From NCBI GenBank assembly GCA_963735035.1, contig CAVTJJ010000006.1:160001-224000 (forward strand): a stretch of DNA of 64,000 bases. Reading direction: 5' to 3'. Position numbers and translations under genes: made by a program. The notes beneath the pieces are model-generated. The model did no database searches and was not told where the DNA came from. It saw only the letters and a program-made list of their open reading frames with translations. Numbering within the stretch: position 1 is the first letter of the stretch; every line of letters starts with the position of its first letter. Of the stretch, positions 15,614-24,925 are shown in pieces. Origin of the DNA: an uncultured candidate division Zixibacteria bacterium. GTDB taxonomy: Bacteria; Zixibacteria; MSB-5A5; GN15; FEB-12.

Positions 15614-17058
15614 GCGGTCTCCTCTCGCGGCAGAACCAGAGTTACTGTGGTGCCTTGCCCCGGTTGTGATTCCACCTTTAGCTGACCACCCAGCTCCGCC
15701 ATAGATCTTTCGACGATTGCCAGTCCCAGGCCGTTTCCCTTGGCCTTGGTGGTAAAATAGGGAAGTCGGGCCGATGCGAGTGTGGTGGCATCCATTCCAG
15801 GCCCGGAATCAGCCACCGAAATTTCGACTGTCTGGTCTTCGACCGTGAGTGCGACTGTCAGGCTGTCGCCTTCGCGGCATGCGTCGATAGCATTCTGTAG
15901 CAGGTTGTGGAGCGCTTCCCGAATATAGGCGGAATCCGAGGTTGTCATAACCGCCTGCTCGGGCAGTTGCGCCGAGAAGCGAAGCGATTTCACTTTCTCG
16001 ACATACAATTCTAGAGTTGAAACTGTCAATGCCCGAAGATCGAATTCTTCCAGTCGGGGGGGAGGCAGTTTGGCTAGTGCGGAAAATCGTTCAGCCAGAA
16101 CGGTAAGGTGCTGGACTTCATCGCTGGCCGCTTTCAGAGGTTCTTTAACCTGCTCCCATAGCGGAGTATTTGATAGCTGATGCTCGATGCGATAGAGCGA
16201 CACGAGGATCGGCTGAAGTGGATTCTTTAGTTCATGGGCGAATCGTCGCGCTACGTGCCGCCAGGCAGCCACGCGCTCGGTCTGGGCGAGCCGGGCCGTG
16301 GTCTGATCCAAGTGTGCGGCCATGAAATTGAAACTGGCCACCAGTGCGCCCAACTCATCCGTGGCAGCGGTAGTGACATGTTGTGAGAAGTCCCCGGAAG
16401 CAATCTTCTCGGCCGCTCGGCTCAATGCTGAGACCGGTTCGGCCAAATGCCGGGAGACGCGCGAAGAGAAGAGATACGCGGCGACTATCGCCACCATCGT
16501 TACGGTCAGAAAGAGCACGCCCAGAAAGACGACGTATTTCGATCTCAATTCTTTTTCGGCCGAACGGGTCGCGGAACTTGTCCTGGCGGTTTCGATCATC
16601 TTTACAAAAGTGGAGTCGTGTAATACCCCGCCGATCAGAATTACTCCGGAAGGCAATTGTCGGGTCGCAAATTGACTAAACCCTCCGTCGGTTGGCACCA
16701 ACCCGCGCTGTTGTCCACGACTTACGGCCAGTTTGACTTCATCAATTGCTATAGAAGACAGAACCCCAACTGTCGATTTCACACTTCCGCCCGCAGAATC
16801 GAGCCGGATTAGGAAATCCAGTGAAGCCGTAAGAGCCGAGGTGTCGCCGTTGTATCCGGTAAGCGTCTTTTCGATGTCGTCATAGACCCGATCAATAAAG
16901 TAGTTCTGGATCTCCTCCGAGGAACCTTGCTGCAGCCGTTCAGCGGCAGGTCCGGTATCGATGGCCAGGTAATACCCCAGGACGGTCAGAATGACCGACG
17001 GAACCGCTGCGAACAAGAGCAGCAGTCGAAAGACTCGGGATCGAAACGTTGCAGACAT
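15595..17058 (-). CDS. Membrane HAMP histidine kinase (NtrY-like)
   Basis: Two TMs; HAMP (DELGALVASFNFM); ERVAAWRHVARRFAHELKNPL; N/G boxes. Confidence 0.92.
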   Translation of the reverse strand: MSATFRSRVFRLLLLFAAVPSVILTVLGYYLAIDTGPAAERLQQGSSEEIQNYFIDRVYDDIEKTLTGYNGDTSALTASLDFLIRLDSAGGSVKSTVGVLSSIAIDEVKLAVSRGQQRGLVPTDGGFSQFATRQLPSGVILIGGVLHDSTFVKMIETARTSSATRSAEKELRSKYVVFLGVLFLTVTMVAIVAAYLFSSRVSRHLAEPVSALSRAAEKIASGDFSQHVTTAATDELGALVASFNFMAAHLDQTTARLAQTERVAAWRHVARRFAHELKNPLQPILVSLYRIEHQLSNTPLWEQVKEPLKAASDEVQHLTVLAERFSALAKLPPPRLEEFDLRALTVSTLELYVEKVKSLRFSAQLPEQAVMTTSDSAYIREALHNLLQNAIDACREGDSLTVALTVEDQTVEISVADSGPGMDATTLASARLPYFTTKAKGNGLGLAIVERSMAELGGQLKVESQPGQGTTVTLVLPREETACRPKS

Positions 17059-17066
17059 TTATTCTG

Positions 17067-17639
17067 TCAGGTGCGATTGCGAATACGTTGCTGATAGTCG
17101 GCCAGAGCCTGCACGTGGGCAGCAAAAGCTATCTGCTCCGGCAGGTGGTCGAAGGGGAACCAGCGAACTTCGAGGGCATCGTCCCCAGCCTTCATCTCCC
17201 CGCCGACAATATCTCCCAAATAAAGCATCAGGATGGCGTTTGAGCGGGGATCATCCTGGCCGCTGTAGACTTCGAAGAATGAATTGAGCCGGACTTTCAG
17301 GCCGGTTTCCTCTTCGAGTTCGCGGACGGCGGTCTGGCTGGGATGTTCGTTCCACTCCATAAATCCGGCGGGAATACACCACCAGCCGATTCGAGGTGGG
17401 TGGCCGCGCTTGACGAGAAGGATGCTGTCGTTTTCGACCAGTATCACGCCGGCGGCCGGGATCGGGTTCTGATAGAACACGTAACCACAGTTGTCGTCGC
17501 CGCAGTACATCCTCCGGCGGCCTTCAAGTTCGCCTTCCAGAAGCGGGCGGCCACACAGGGGACAGTACTTGAATCCGCAATGTCTGTTCTTGCGTTCGAA
17601 CAGTTGCGCCTCATCGAAGCGTTCATGCTTATCCGACAT
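17067..17639 (-). CDS. NUDIX hydrolase with N-terminal zinc ribbon
   Basis: FKYCPLCG..C..CGYVFYQNP; Nudix box GFMEWNEHPSQTAVRELEEETGL; ATG 17639 with RBS GGAGG. Confidence 0.9.
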   Translation of the reverse strand: MSDKHERFDEAQLFERKNRHCGFKYCPLCGRPLLEGELEGRRRMYCGDDNCGYVFYQNPIPAAGVILVENDSILLVKRGHPPRIGWWCIPAGFMEWNEHPSQTAVRELEEETGLKVRLNSFFEVYSGQDDPRSNAILMLYLGDIVGGEMKAGDDALEVRWFPFDHLPEQIAFAAHVQALADYQQRIRNRT

Positions 17640-19893
17640 GGGCCGCGCCTCCATTGGTCATCTTCATGGTAATTATGGTGGTGTCATCCTGAGGGGGACT
17701 GGAAGGGTCATGGCGACGTACGTCGGCCAGGATTTCATCCAGGAGCTCCTGAGGGGCCAGATGACGCTGATTCACGAGGAACTGTCGGATACGCCCCTCG
17801 CCGTACTCAACCCCTTCGGCGTCCATGGCTTCCGATAGACCATCGGTAAAGAAGAACAGCAAATCGTTGGGGTTGAGATTCACCGAGGCCGATTCATATT
17901 CGATATCCGGGAAGGCGCCGATGACCGGTCCGCCGACATCCAGTAACTCCACCCGGCCGTCTGACCGGACCAGCAGCGGATAGTTGTGGCCTGCATTAGC
18001 GTAGTGCAGCACGCAGGTACTGATATCCAGTTCAGCATAGAACAGAGTGGCGTACTTTTCCGACGACGTGGACATGACCATCTGTTGGTTCATATTCTTG
18101 AGCACGATCTCGATCGTGTTGCCGTTGTTGACTTCGCTGCGAAGGATAGCCTGAATTTGAGCGACCATCAGAGCGGCCGGCATGCCTTTGCCTGACGCAT
18201 CGGCGATGACTATCCCAAGACGATTCTTTTCTCGAATCGTAATGAAATCGTAGAAGTCTCCTCCCACCGTGCGCGATGGGGTCGAGCTGGCGGCTATGAT
18301 CGAGAGGTGGCATTCGGGCGGTCGGGACGGCAGCAGGTCGAGCTGAATCTGCCGCGCCATGTTTACTTCTTCTTCAAGTCGCATCCGCTCCAGCGAGTCG
18401 GCGTAAAGACGCGCCGTAGTCAGGGCGGTTACCATCTGATTGGAAAGAACCCCCAGCAGATTGAAGTCCTCGGCGGTGTAATGATAGCCGGCCGATTTGG
18501 ACGACAGGGCCAGAAAGCCTAGCATGTGCTGGGCGTCCTTGAGCGGCACGACTACGCGGGTGCCCTGTTCGTTGAGGATCTCAGCCAGTCGGGAATCCTC
18601 CTGATACGCCGAAAGCGAAGTGAATCGGGTGGGGGTATCCAGCAGGTTGATGCCCCGAAGCATCAGGTCCTGGCGGTCGATGACGGTCCTTCGTGGGTAG
18701 TCATCGCTCTTGAGCACGGCATATTCGCCCACGCTGTCGTCGAATAGCACGAAATATACCCGATCGACCAATAGGGATGTCTTCAGGATTTCTTCAATCG
18801 ACCGGCGAAGTTGGACCGGTTCGAAATTCGTAATCACATGGCGGGAGAATCGCTCCATGATGTTTCGATAGTCGGTACGGGTGCGCATGAACATCGAGCG
18901 GATGACGTTGTCGATCCAGTTGCTTATGGGTTGGAACACCAGCAACATCATCACTATGAGCAGATAACCGACAACTTCCGCCTGAGCCCCAAACGCCGGC
19001 GCCAAAAGGTCTTTGCTGTTCATGCCGAGGAGAACGTAAAGCCCCACCAGGACCGACGACACCATGGTGTTGATCAGGGACTGGCGGAAGAAAAGCTGAA
19101 CGTTCAGGAACTGGTGGCGAATGATTGCATTCACGATGAAGCCGCCGCCCACGACTATCGCGGCGATGGTCATGTAGGTTCCGGCAGCGATCACCCATGG
19201 GGCCTGGCCAAAGGTCCAGGCCAGGAAAGCGAGCGTGTAGAGTCCCAGACCAAGACGCATACCCCAAATGACCAGACGGGTTTGATCCTGGAGCCGGGGA
19301 TTGGTCAAATAGCGTCGACCGGTTTCGAAGAAATAGATCGCACCCATAACGTAGCATAGGTTGATCAGGCCAAAGATGACTTGATCATGGTTTCGCACAT
19401 AGGCCACCATGAGCATCATCTGCTGGAACACCCAGGCCACCGGCTTGAGTATGGTGCCGATCAAAGATGTACCACTGGCGGTTTCAATCATCGTATTGAG
19501 GAGACCGACCAGACGTTGGTACATCAATATGAGGGCGAGATGTACTAGCTGCGGGAGCAGCACTATATAACGGACCCCGGTGTGGCGGAAGCGATGCAGC
19601 CGATCTTCCGGAAACAGCCAGGAGAAAATCAGCAGCGAGGGGAAGAAGAATTCCCAGACATGATACAGGCTGTAGAAAGTCGTGTCGCGAAACGCGCCCG
19701 GATTGGCGGCGGTGGTGTCGATGACATAGCCGATAGCCAGCGCCAGGGGGCCGATCCCCGCAAAGAACAACGCTCCGCCGGCCGCCCGGTTGGCCAATGA
19801 GGCAAAATTATCACGCGTGATGGTAATGGCCATGAAGACCAGAAAACCACCAGTCAGAAAGAATATGAGGGTGTGCACCAATTCGAGCTGCAT
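17629..19893 (-). CDS. Membrane PP2C/SpoIIE-family phosphatase (RsbU-like) with multi-TM sensor and GAF domain
   Basis: About 8 TM N-terminus; GAF; VGGDFYD, IADASGKG, NAGH, FTDGLSEA, DDTT. Confidence 0.92.
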   Translation of the reverse strand: MQLELVHTLIFFLTGGFLVFMAITITRDNFASLANRAAGGALFFAGIGPLALAIGYVIDTTAANPGAFRDTTFYSLYHVWEFFFPSLLIFSWLFPEDRLHRFRHTGVRYIVLLPQLVHLALILMYQRLVGLLNTMIETASGTSLIGTILKPVAWVFQQMMLMVAYVRNHDQVIFGLINLCYVMGAIYFFETGRRYLTNPRLQDQTRLVIWGMRLGLGLYTLAFLAWTFGQAPWVIAAGTYMTIAAIVVGGGFIVNAIIRHQFLNVQLFFRQSLINTMVSSVLVGLYVLLGMNSKDLLAPAFGAQAEVVGYLLIVMMLLVFQPISNWIDNVIRSMFMRTRTDYRNIMERFSRHVITNFEPVQLRRSIEEILKTSLLVDRVYFVLFDDSVGEYAVLKSDDYPRRTVIDRQDLMLRGINLLDTPTRFTSLSAYQEDSRLAEILNEQGTRVVVPLKDAQHMLGFLALSSKSAGYHYTAEDFNLLGVLSNQMVTALTTARLYADSLERMRLEEEVNMARQIQLDLLPSRPPECHLSIIAASSTPSRTVGGDFYDFITIREKNRLGIVIADASGKGMPAALMVAQIQAILRSEVNNGNTIEIVLKNMNQQMVMSTSSEKYATLFYAELDISTCVLHYANAGHNYPLLVRSDGRVELLDVGGPVIGAFPDIEYESASVNLNPNDLLFFFTDGLSEAMDAEGVEYGEGRIRQFLVNQRHLAPQELLDEILADVRRHDPSSPPQDDTTIITMKMTNGGAAHVG

Positions 19894-19922
19894 CGCAATT
19901 TCGCCGCGTTGCGTGTCTGTTA

Positions 19923-20342
19923 TCAGACCGTCTTGGTGATAGCCACCGTCGTACCGTTTGCGGTGGCCTGAACGTCAACTTTGTCCATCAACGACCGCAC
20001 GATAAACAGCCCGCGTCCGACCTCGTGAAGCAGGTTTTCATCGTCCAGGGGGCTGGGGACATGGGACGGGTCGAATCCGCCCCCTTCGTCGGTGACACTG
20101 ACCGTGACCTCGCCACGGGCTTTCTTGATACGGACGGTCACCATCTTTTCGCCGGAGGATTTATTGCCGTGGACGATGGCATTATTAACCAGTTCCGACA
20201 CGGAAATGGCAATGTCCGCCACGGCCGACTCGTCGACTCCAAAACCTCGCAGGGTGCCTTCGAGGAAAACGTCGACGTCCGGCACGAATTCAGGATTGGA
20301 GGGGACCTTGATCGTGTCCCCTTTAATGATAGGTTTTGCCAT
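19923..20342 (-). CDS. Anti-sigma factor/Ser kinase (RsbW/SpoIIAB-like)
   Basis: SVSELVNNAIVHGN, VTDEGGGFD, GRGLFIVRSLMD. Confidence 0.9.
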   Translation of the reverse strand: MAKPIIKGDTIKVPSNPEFVPDVDVFLEGTLRGFGVDESAVADIAISVSELVNNAIVHGNKSSGEKMVTVRIKKARGEVTVSVTDEGGGFDPSHVPSPLDDENLLHEVGRGLFIVRSLMDKVDVQATANGTTVAITKTV

Positions 20343-20356
20343 GATGCTGTGACTCC

Positions 20357-20390
20357 AAAAAAAACAGGCAGACACGCTTGCGTCTACCTG
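20357..20390 (-). terminator. Intrinsic terminator between the anti-anti-sigma and anti-sigma genes
   Basis: Minus strand CAGGTAGACGC-aagc-GTGTCTGCCTG followed by T8. Confidence 0.8.
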
Positions 20391-20425
20391 CCGTTGAGAG
20401 TTCTTAGGTCAAGGGCGTGGCATTT

Positions 20426-20764
20426 CTACTTGAAGCTCTTGACGGCGCTGTCCACGCTGTCGTGGGCGTCAAATACCGAGACCAGCTTGGTAATCGTCAG
20501 CAGGGACTGGATTTTGTCCGTGACGTTGGCCAGCTTCAGCTCGCCGCTGTGATTCCGCAGGGTGGTATAGCTGGAGATCAGAATGCCCAGCCCGGTAGAG
20601 TTCATCCATTCCACGCCGGCGAGATCGATGACGATCTGTTTCTTGTTGTTCTCGATCAACTCGTAGAGTTTATCGTGCAAGAGGCTGGCGTCGGGGCCGC
20701 CCATGATCTTGCCTCTGGGTTCGAGAATGACGACGTTGTTGATTTCCCGATCGGTCAGTTTCAT
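20426..20764 (-). CDS. Anti-sigma factor antagonist (STAS, RsbV/SpoIIAA-like)
   Basis: IVIDLAGVEWMNSTGLGILI (phospho-Ser motif); ATG 20764 with RBS GGAGG. Confidence 0.92.
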   Translation of the reverse strand: MKLTDREINNVVILEPRGKIMGGPDASLLHDKLYELIENNKKQIVIDLAGVEWMNSTGLGILISSYTTLRNHSGELKLANVTDKIQSLLTITKLVSVFDAHDSVDSAVKSFK

Positions 20765-21040
20765 AAGCGCAAGCCTCCGTTCATGAGGTATTTTACGCAA
20801 TCCCGGCGCTACATGTTTCCTTTCCGGGATAAACGACGGCTACCGGCCAATTCGGCTAAGTTCTTAATCAGACGCAAATTGTGGGTCAAGTCAAGGCCTT
20901 TTTGTCCCGCAGGGCGGATCACCCTGCCGCGGATGCCGGCTCAGCGTGTCTGGTATGCGGCTTCTGACGACGGGAAAGCGTTTGGATAACCGGAGCCGGA
21001 CCCGTATTTTGGCAGGTCTTTGGTGGTATATGATATTTGT

Positions 21041-23710
21041 ATGGTAAGAGCAGCAGCGAATAGACACCCGGCGATCCTATTCGTAATTGTAGTATTGACC
21101 GGACTCCTGATCGACCCCGTTTCCGGTCGCACTCCCCCTGGAAAAGAGAGACCGTTGGAGGACGGGAGCGTTTCGGCCATGAACTACCCGGCCTACTGTA
21201 CGATGGAGCACAATATTGGCACCATCGTCTTAGGGGTCACCAATCACGGGAGTTTTGGTACCGGCCTGTCTCGTACCGGGGAGCGTGACTGCTTCAGTCA
21301 CTTGCGGGTTGAGTCTTGCGAGTATCCGAAAGAAAGCCGTACCAAGTACTTGTTTGCCGGTGAGCTTTGGGTTGGAGCAATAGTCGGGATAGACACTTTG
21401 GTTTCCACTGGCGATACCGAGCTCCATCCCGATCTCAGCCCGATGGGCAAGCCCAAGCACCGCTCCACTATGGATCCCACCTCCGCCGATTTCGAAAATG
21501 CCATATCCGAGCAAGACTGGGTCGCGGTCTATGCTGATACTTGTCGGCGCTGCCCGGGGATGAGTAACGATGACCGTGACAATCGCGCCCACCGCCCCCT
21601 GAATATCCTGATAAAGCAGACTTCGATGGCCTGGTCTTACGCTTATGCCGACGATTTCGTACTGTTCGACTACACCGTCACGAATATCGGGGAAGAGCGA
21701 TTGAAGAAGATGTACATTGGGGTGTATGTTGACGCCGATATTATGTCTCTGGCAGAGGAGATCGCCGGGCGTGGTTATACCGACGATCTATGCGGGTTTC
21801 GCCACAAGCAACCGGCGGCCTATCTCAAACCGCCCTGTCCGCCCGATTCGGACGTAGTAGATTTGGCCTGGACGGCCGACAACGACGGGGGGCTGATAGA
21901 CCCGGGCGTCTACCCGACTACCCCGAATGTTACGGCCACCCGGATTATTCGCACGCCAAGAGATTCGATGGACGTGTCGTTTAATTGGTGGGCCTGGTCA
22001 GGTGGGAGAGCCCCAACATTTTTTGGCCCTCAGAAGAAGGACCGTTTTCGAATTATGCAGGGAGACGGATATCCGGTTGGCGACCGCGACTACTACTACT
22101 TGATGAGTAACCGCGAATTTGACTACGATCAGGCTTACCTGGCGACCGTCAACTCTCTGGACTCGGTCTGGTCACTGCCGCCGACCAGGTGGGCGAGCAG
22201 CTGGGCCAGGGGGATGGACACCCGCTATCTACTGTCTTTCGGACCGTTTGGACTCGACCCCGGCGGTACGCTTCCGTTTACCCTCGCTTATGTAGGCGGG
22301 CGGAATTTTCACACGAGCGGAGCCAATTATCGTAATCTGCCCTATCATCCCGAGTTGTACACCGAGGGGCTGAACTTCAAGGACCTGAGCACCAACGCCA
22401 CCTGGGCCGAGTGGGTGTACGACAACCCTGGAGTCGATACCGACAGCGACGGTTACGCCGGGGAGTATACCGTCTGTAACCTGGGCGGCGATTCTACCTG
22501 GGTATGTGATACGCTGATTGATTCCACCGCCAATCCCGACACCAATTACGTTGTCTGCTGGTGGGCGTACGATCGGCCCGATACGGTCTGGCGGACGGGC
22601 GACGGGGTTCCGGACTTTCGGGGTGCGATGCCTCCTCCGGCGCCCAAGGTAAGAGTGTACCCCTCGACCGGACAGATACGAATTGCATGGAACGGGGCGC
22701 TGTCAGAGAACACGCCGGATGTGTTTACTCGACAAACTGATTTTGAAGGCTATCGGGTGTATGTTGCTCGGGACGAGCGTCCTACCAGTTTCTCAGTGGT
22801 GGCGTCGTATGACCGTGAGGACTGGAATCGTTATGTCTGGGACTACCGGACCAGGGAATTTCAACTGGTCGTGCAGCCGTTTAGTTTGGCCGAGCTGCGC
22901 TGTCTCTACGGCGACAGTTGCAACGACACCACCTGGCACCCCGACCAATATCCCCGCACGCATCCGTTGGTTGTCGATGGTGGCGCCAATGCGGAAGATC
23001 AGATCTTCTTCTTCACGCCGCAGGATTTCAATCGCTCGGTACTGGCCAACGATCCGGTGAACGCCACGACCCCGATCCGGAAGGTCTATCCCGAGGCGTT
23101 GAAACCGCCTACCGTCAATGTCGATTCGATCCGAGCCTGGTATCCCGACGGCGCTGACACAGCGTTTCTCACCGAAGACGGTTTTCTCAAATACTACGAA
23201 TACGAGTACACGCTGGAAGGTCTACTTCCCACCGTGCCCTATTGGGCGAACGTGACGGCATTCGATTTCGGTTCCCCGGTGACAGGTCTGGGAGCGATGG
23301 AGACCAGCCCGGCCACGAATCCTCAGGTAGCAATGGCCATGAATACACCGGACACGACCGGCCAGATACAGGCGAAAGTATACGTCTACCCCAATCCGTA
23401 TCTAGGGGACGTGGATTATCGCGCCGGCGGCTGGGAGGGACGGGGCATGTCGGACAAATCGGTTGATCGGACTCGTCGCATCAATTTCGCTAATCTGCCC
23501 CCCAAATGCACGATCCGAATATTCTCGCTCGACGGTGATCTGGTGCGCGAGATTGAGCACGACATACCGGCTTCCGACCCGATGTTCCAATTGGATGACT
23601 GGGACCTGATTACGCGCAATTCACAGCAGCCCGTTTCGGGGATGTATTACTGGACGGTCGAGGACGACAAGGGGAACGTTCAGATCGGCAAGCTGGTAAT
23701 TATCTTCTAG
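21041..23710 (+). CDS. Large secreted protein with FN3-like region and C-terminal FlgD/T9SS-like sorting domain; start uncertain
   Basis: Hydrophobic N-terminus; HNIG..TNHG.FG; DGVPDFRG..PPAP; DFEGYRVY; VYVYPNPY..IRIFSLDGDLVREI..WDLITRN..SGMYYWTVE..IGKLVIIF. Confidence 0.7.
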   Translation: MVRAAANRHPAILFVIVVLTGLLIDPVSGRTPPGKERPLEDGSVSAMNYPAYCTMEHNIGTIVLGVTNHGSFGTGLSRTGERDCFSHLRVESCEYPKESRTKYLFAGELWVGAIVGIDTLVSTGDTELHPDLSPMGKPKHRSTMDPTSADFENAISEQDWVAVYADTCRRCPGMSNDDRDNRAHRPLNILIKQTSMAWSYAYADDFVLFDYTVTNIGEERLKKMYIGVYVDADIMSLAEEIAGRGYTDDLCGFRHKQPAAYLKPPCPPDSDVVDLAWTADNDGGLIDPGVYPTTPNVTATRIIRTPRDSMDVSFNWWAWSGGRAPTFFGPQKKDRFRIMQGDGYPVGDRDYYYLMSNREFDYDQAYLATVNSLDSVWSLPPTRWASSWARGMDTRYLLSFGPFGLDPGGTLPFTLAYVGGRNFHTSGANYRNLPYHPELYTEGLNFKDLSTNATWAEWVYDNPGVDTDSDGYAGEYTVCNLGGDSTWVCDTLIDSTANPDTNYVVCWWAYDRPDTVWRTGDGVPDFRGAMPPPAPKVRVYPSTGQIRIAWNGALSENTPDVFTRQTDFEGYRVYVARDERPTSFSVVASYDREDWNRYVWDYRTREFQLVVQPFSLAELRCLYGDSCNDTTWHPDQYPRTHPLVVDGGANAEDQIFFFTPQDFNRSVLANDPVNATTPIRKVYPEALKPPTVNVDSIRAWYPDGADTAFLTEDGFLKYYEYEYTLEGLLPTVPYWANVTAFDFGSPVTGLGAMETSPATNPQVAMAMNTPDTTGQIQAKVYVYPNPYLGDVDYRAGGWEGRGMSDKSVDRTRRINFANLPPKCTIRIFSLDGDLVREIEHDIPASDPMFQLDDWDLITRNSQQPVSGMYYWTVEDDKGNVQIGKLVIIF

Positions 23711-23713
23711 TCT

Positions 23714-24145
23714 CTACGCCGTCTCACGCTTCAGCACGATCGGTTCATATCTCAGCGCTTTGGTGGGGCAGAAGTGCGCACAGACCGGGTCGCCCTGACA
23801 CAGATCGCATTTGACCACCAGGTTGTTGAGGCTGTCCAGCAGCGAACAACCGAACGGACAGGCGGCAACGCAGGCCATGCAGCGGACACAGATTTCCGCG
23901 TCGAGGTCCATCGCGCCGGTCTCCGGATTGCGCGTGATAGCGTTTACGAGGCAGGACTTGGCGCAGGCGGGGTCATCGCACTGCAGACAGGTGACCGGCA
24001 CCCATAGATCGGGCATCCCGGTCGCCAGTGGGTATATCCGACTCCGGCCTGGCTTATTATTCACCGTATGAGTGAAAGAACAGGCGAGCTCGCAGGTGCG
24101 GCAGCCGGTACACAGTATCGGATTGACGTAGAATCTTGATTTCAT
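23714..24145 (-). CDS. 4x[4Fe-4S] electron-transfer subunit (DmsB/CooF/HydN-like)
   Basis: CTGCRTCELAC, CLQCDDPACAKSC, CVRCMACVAACP, KCDLC..CAHFCP; ATGA overlap with upstream gene. Confidence 0.9.
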   Translation of the reverse strand: MKSRFYVNPILCTGCRTCELACSFTHTVNNKPGRSRIYPLATGMPDLWVPVTCLQCDDPACAKSCLVNAITRNPETGAMDLDAEICVRCMACVAACPFGCSLLDSLNNLVVKCDLCQGDPVCAHFCPTKALRYEPIVLKRETA

Positions 24146-24918
24146 GCTTCCTCCTGGCGATCCCAAACGGCGACCTTGCCCATGGTGACGGCGGTCTCGT
24201 TCCGGTGAATCTGATCGGCGCGCTTGAAATATTCCGCCGGAATCTCCCGATTCCTGGTCAGATACTCGGCGAACGCCTTGGTAATCGTCGGCTGGCCGGT
24301 TTGCTCACAGCGAACCATCTCGAACGTCTTGCCCCAGATTTCGCGAGTGACGCTGTTGTCGGTGTACTTTATGAAATCAGTGGGGCAGACCTGGGCGCAG
24401 GCCAGACAACCCACGCAGTCTGGTGGAGCCTGCTTAAGCGGCGGGGCGATCTCCTTGCCGTGGCCTCGACCGACAGTCGATATGGCCTTGAACCCCATCG
24501 TGTCACACACCCGGGTACACAGGGCACACAGGATGCAGTCATCGCCGTCGGGGACCTCCTCGAAACTGGTCCGCGAGATGCCGTACTCGGCCGCCAGGTC
24601 CTGAACGTAGCGGGCCTTCGGAGACCGGGCGAGCTGCAGGTCGAGAATGGTCTTTCGCAGCTCTATGACCTGAGGCGTATGGGTCGAAACGATCAGCCCT
24701 TCCTCGACCGGGTAGAGACATGAAGTTACATGTTTCTTCCATCCGTCCCAGTCCGAGCGGGTGATTTCCACAGTGCAAAGGCGACAGGCGCCGAACGGTT
24801 CGACCGCCTTGTGATTGCAGGGGGCCGGAATCTTGATCCCTTCGCGGTCGATTACCGCCAGGAGCATTTCACCGTCCTGTGCCCGGACCAGTTTGCCGTT
24901 TATCGTCAGAGTGACCAT
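24142..24918 (-). CDS. NuoG/HydA N-terminus-like Fe-S subunit lacking a catalytic domain
   Basis: IPAPC..GACRLCTVE..SC ([2Fe-2S]); CILCALCTRVC and CVGCLACAQVCP; no H-cluster or Mo-bisPGD domain (258 aa). Confidence 0.85.
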   Translation of the reverse strand: MVTLTINGKLVRAQDGEMLLAVIDREGIKIPAPCNHKAVEPFGACRLCTVEITRSDWDGWKKHVTSCLYPVEEGLIVSTHTPQVIELRKTILDLQLARSPKARYVQDLAAEYGISRTSFEEVPDGDDCILCALCTRVCDTMGFKAISTVGRGHGKEIAPPLKQAPPDCVGCLACAQVCPTDFIKYTDNSVTREIWGKTFEMVRCEQTGQPTITKAFAEYLTRNREIPAEYFKRADQIHRNETAVTMGKVAVWDRQEEA

Positions 24919-24925
24919 GAGTCTC

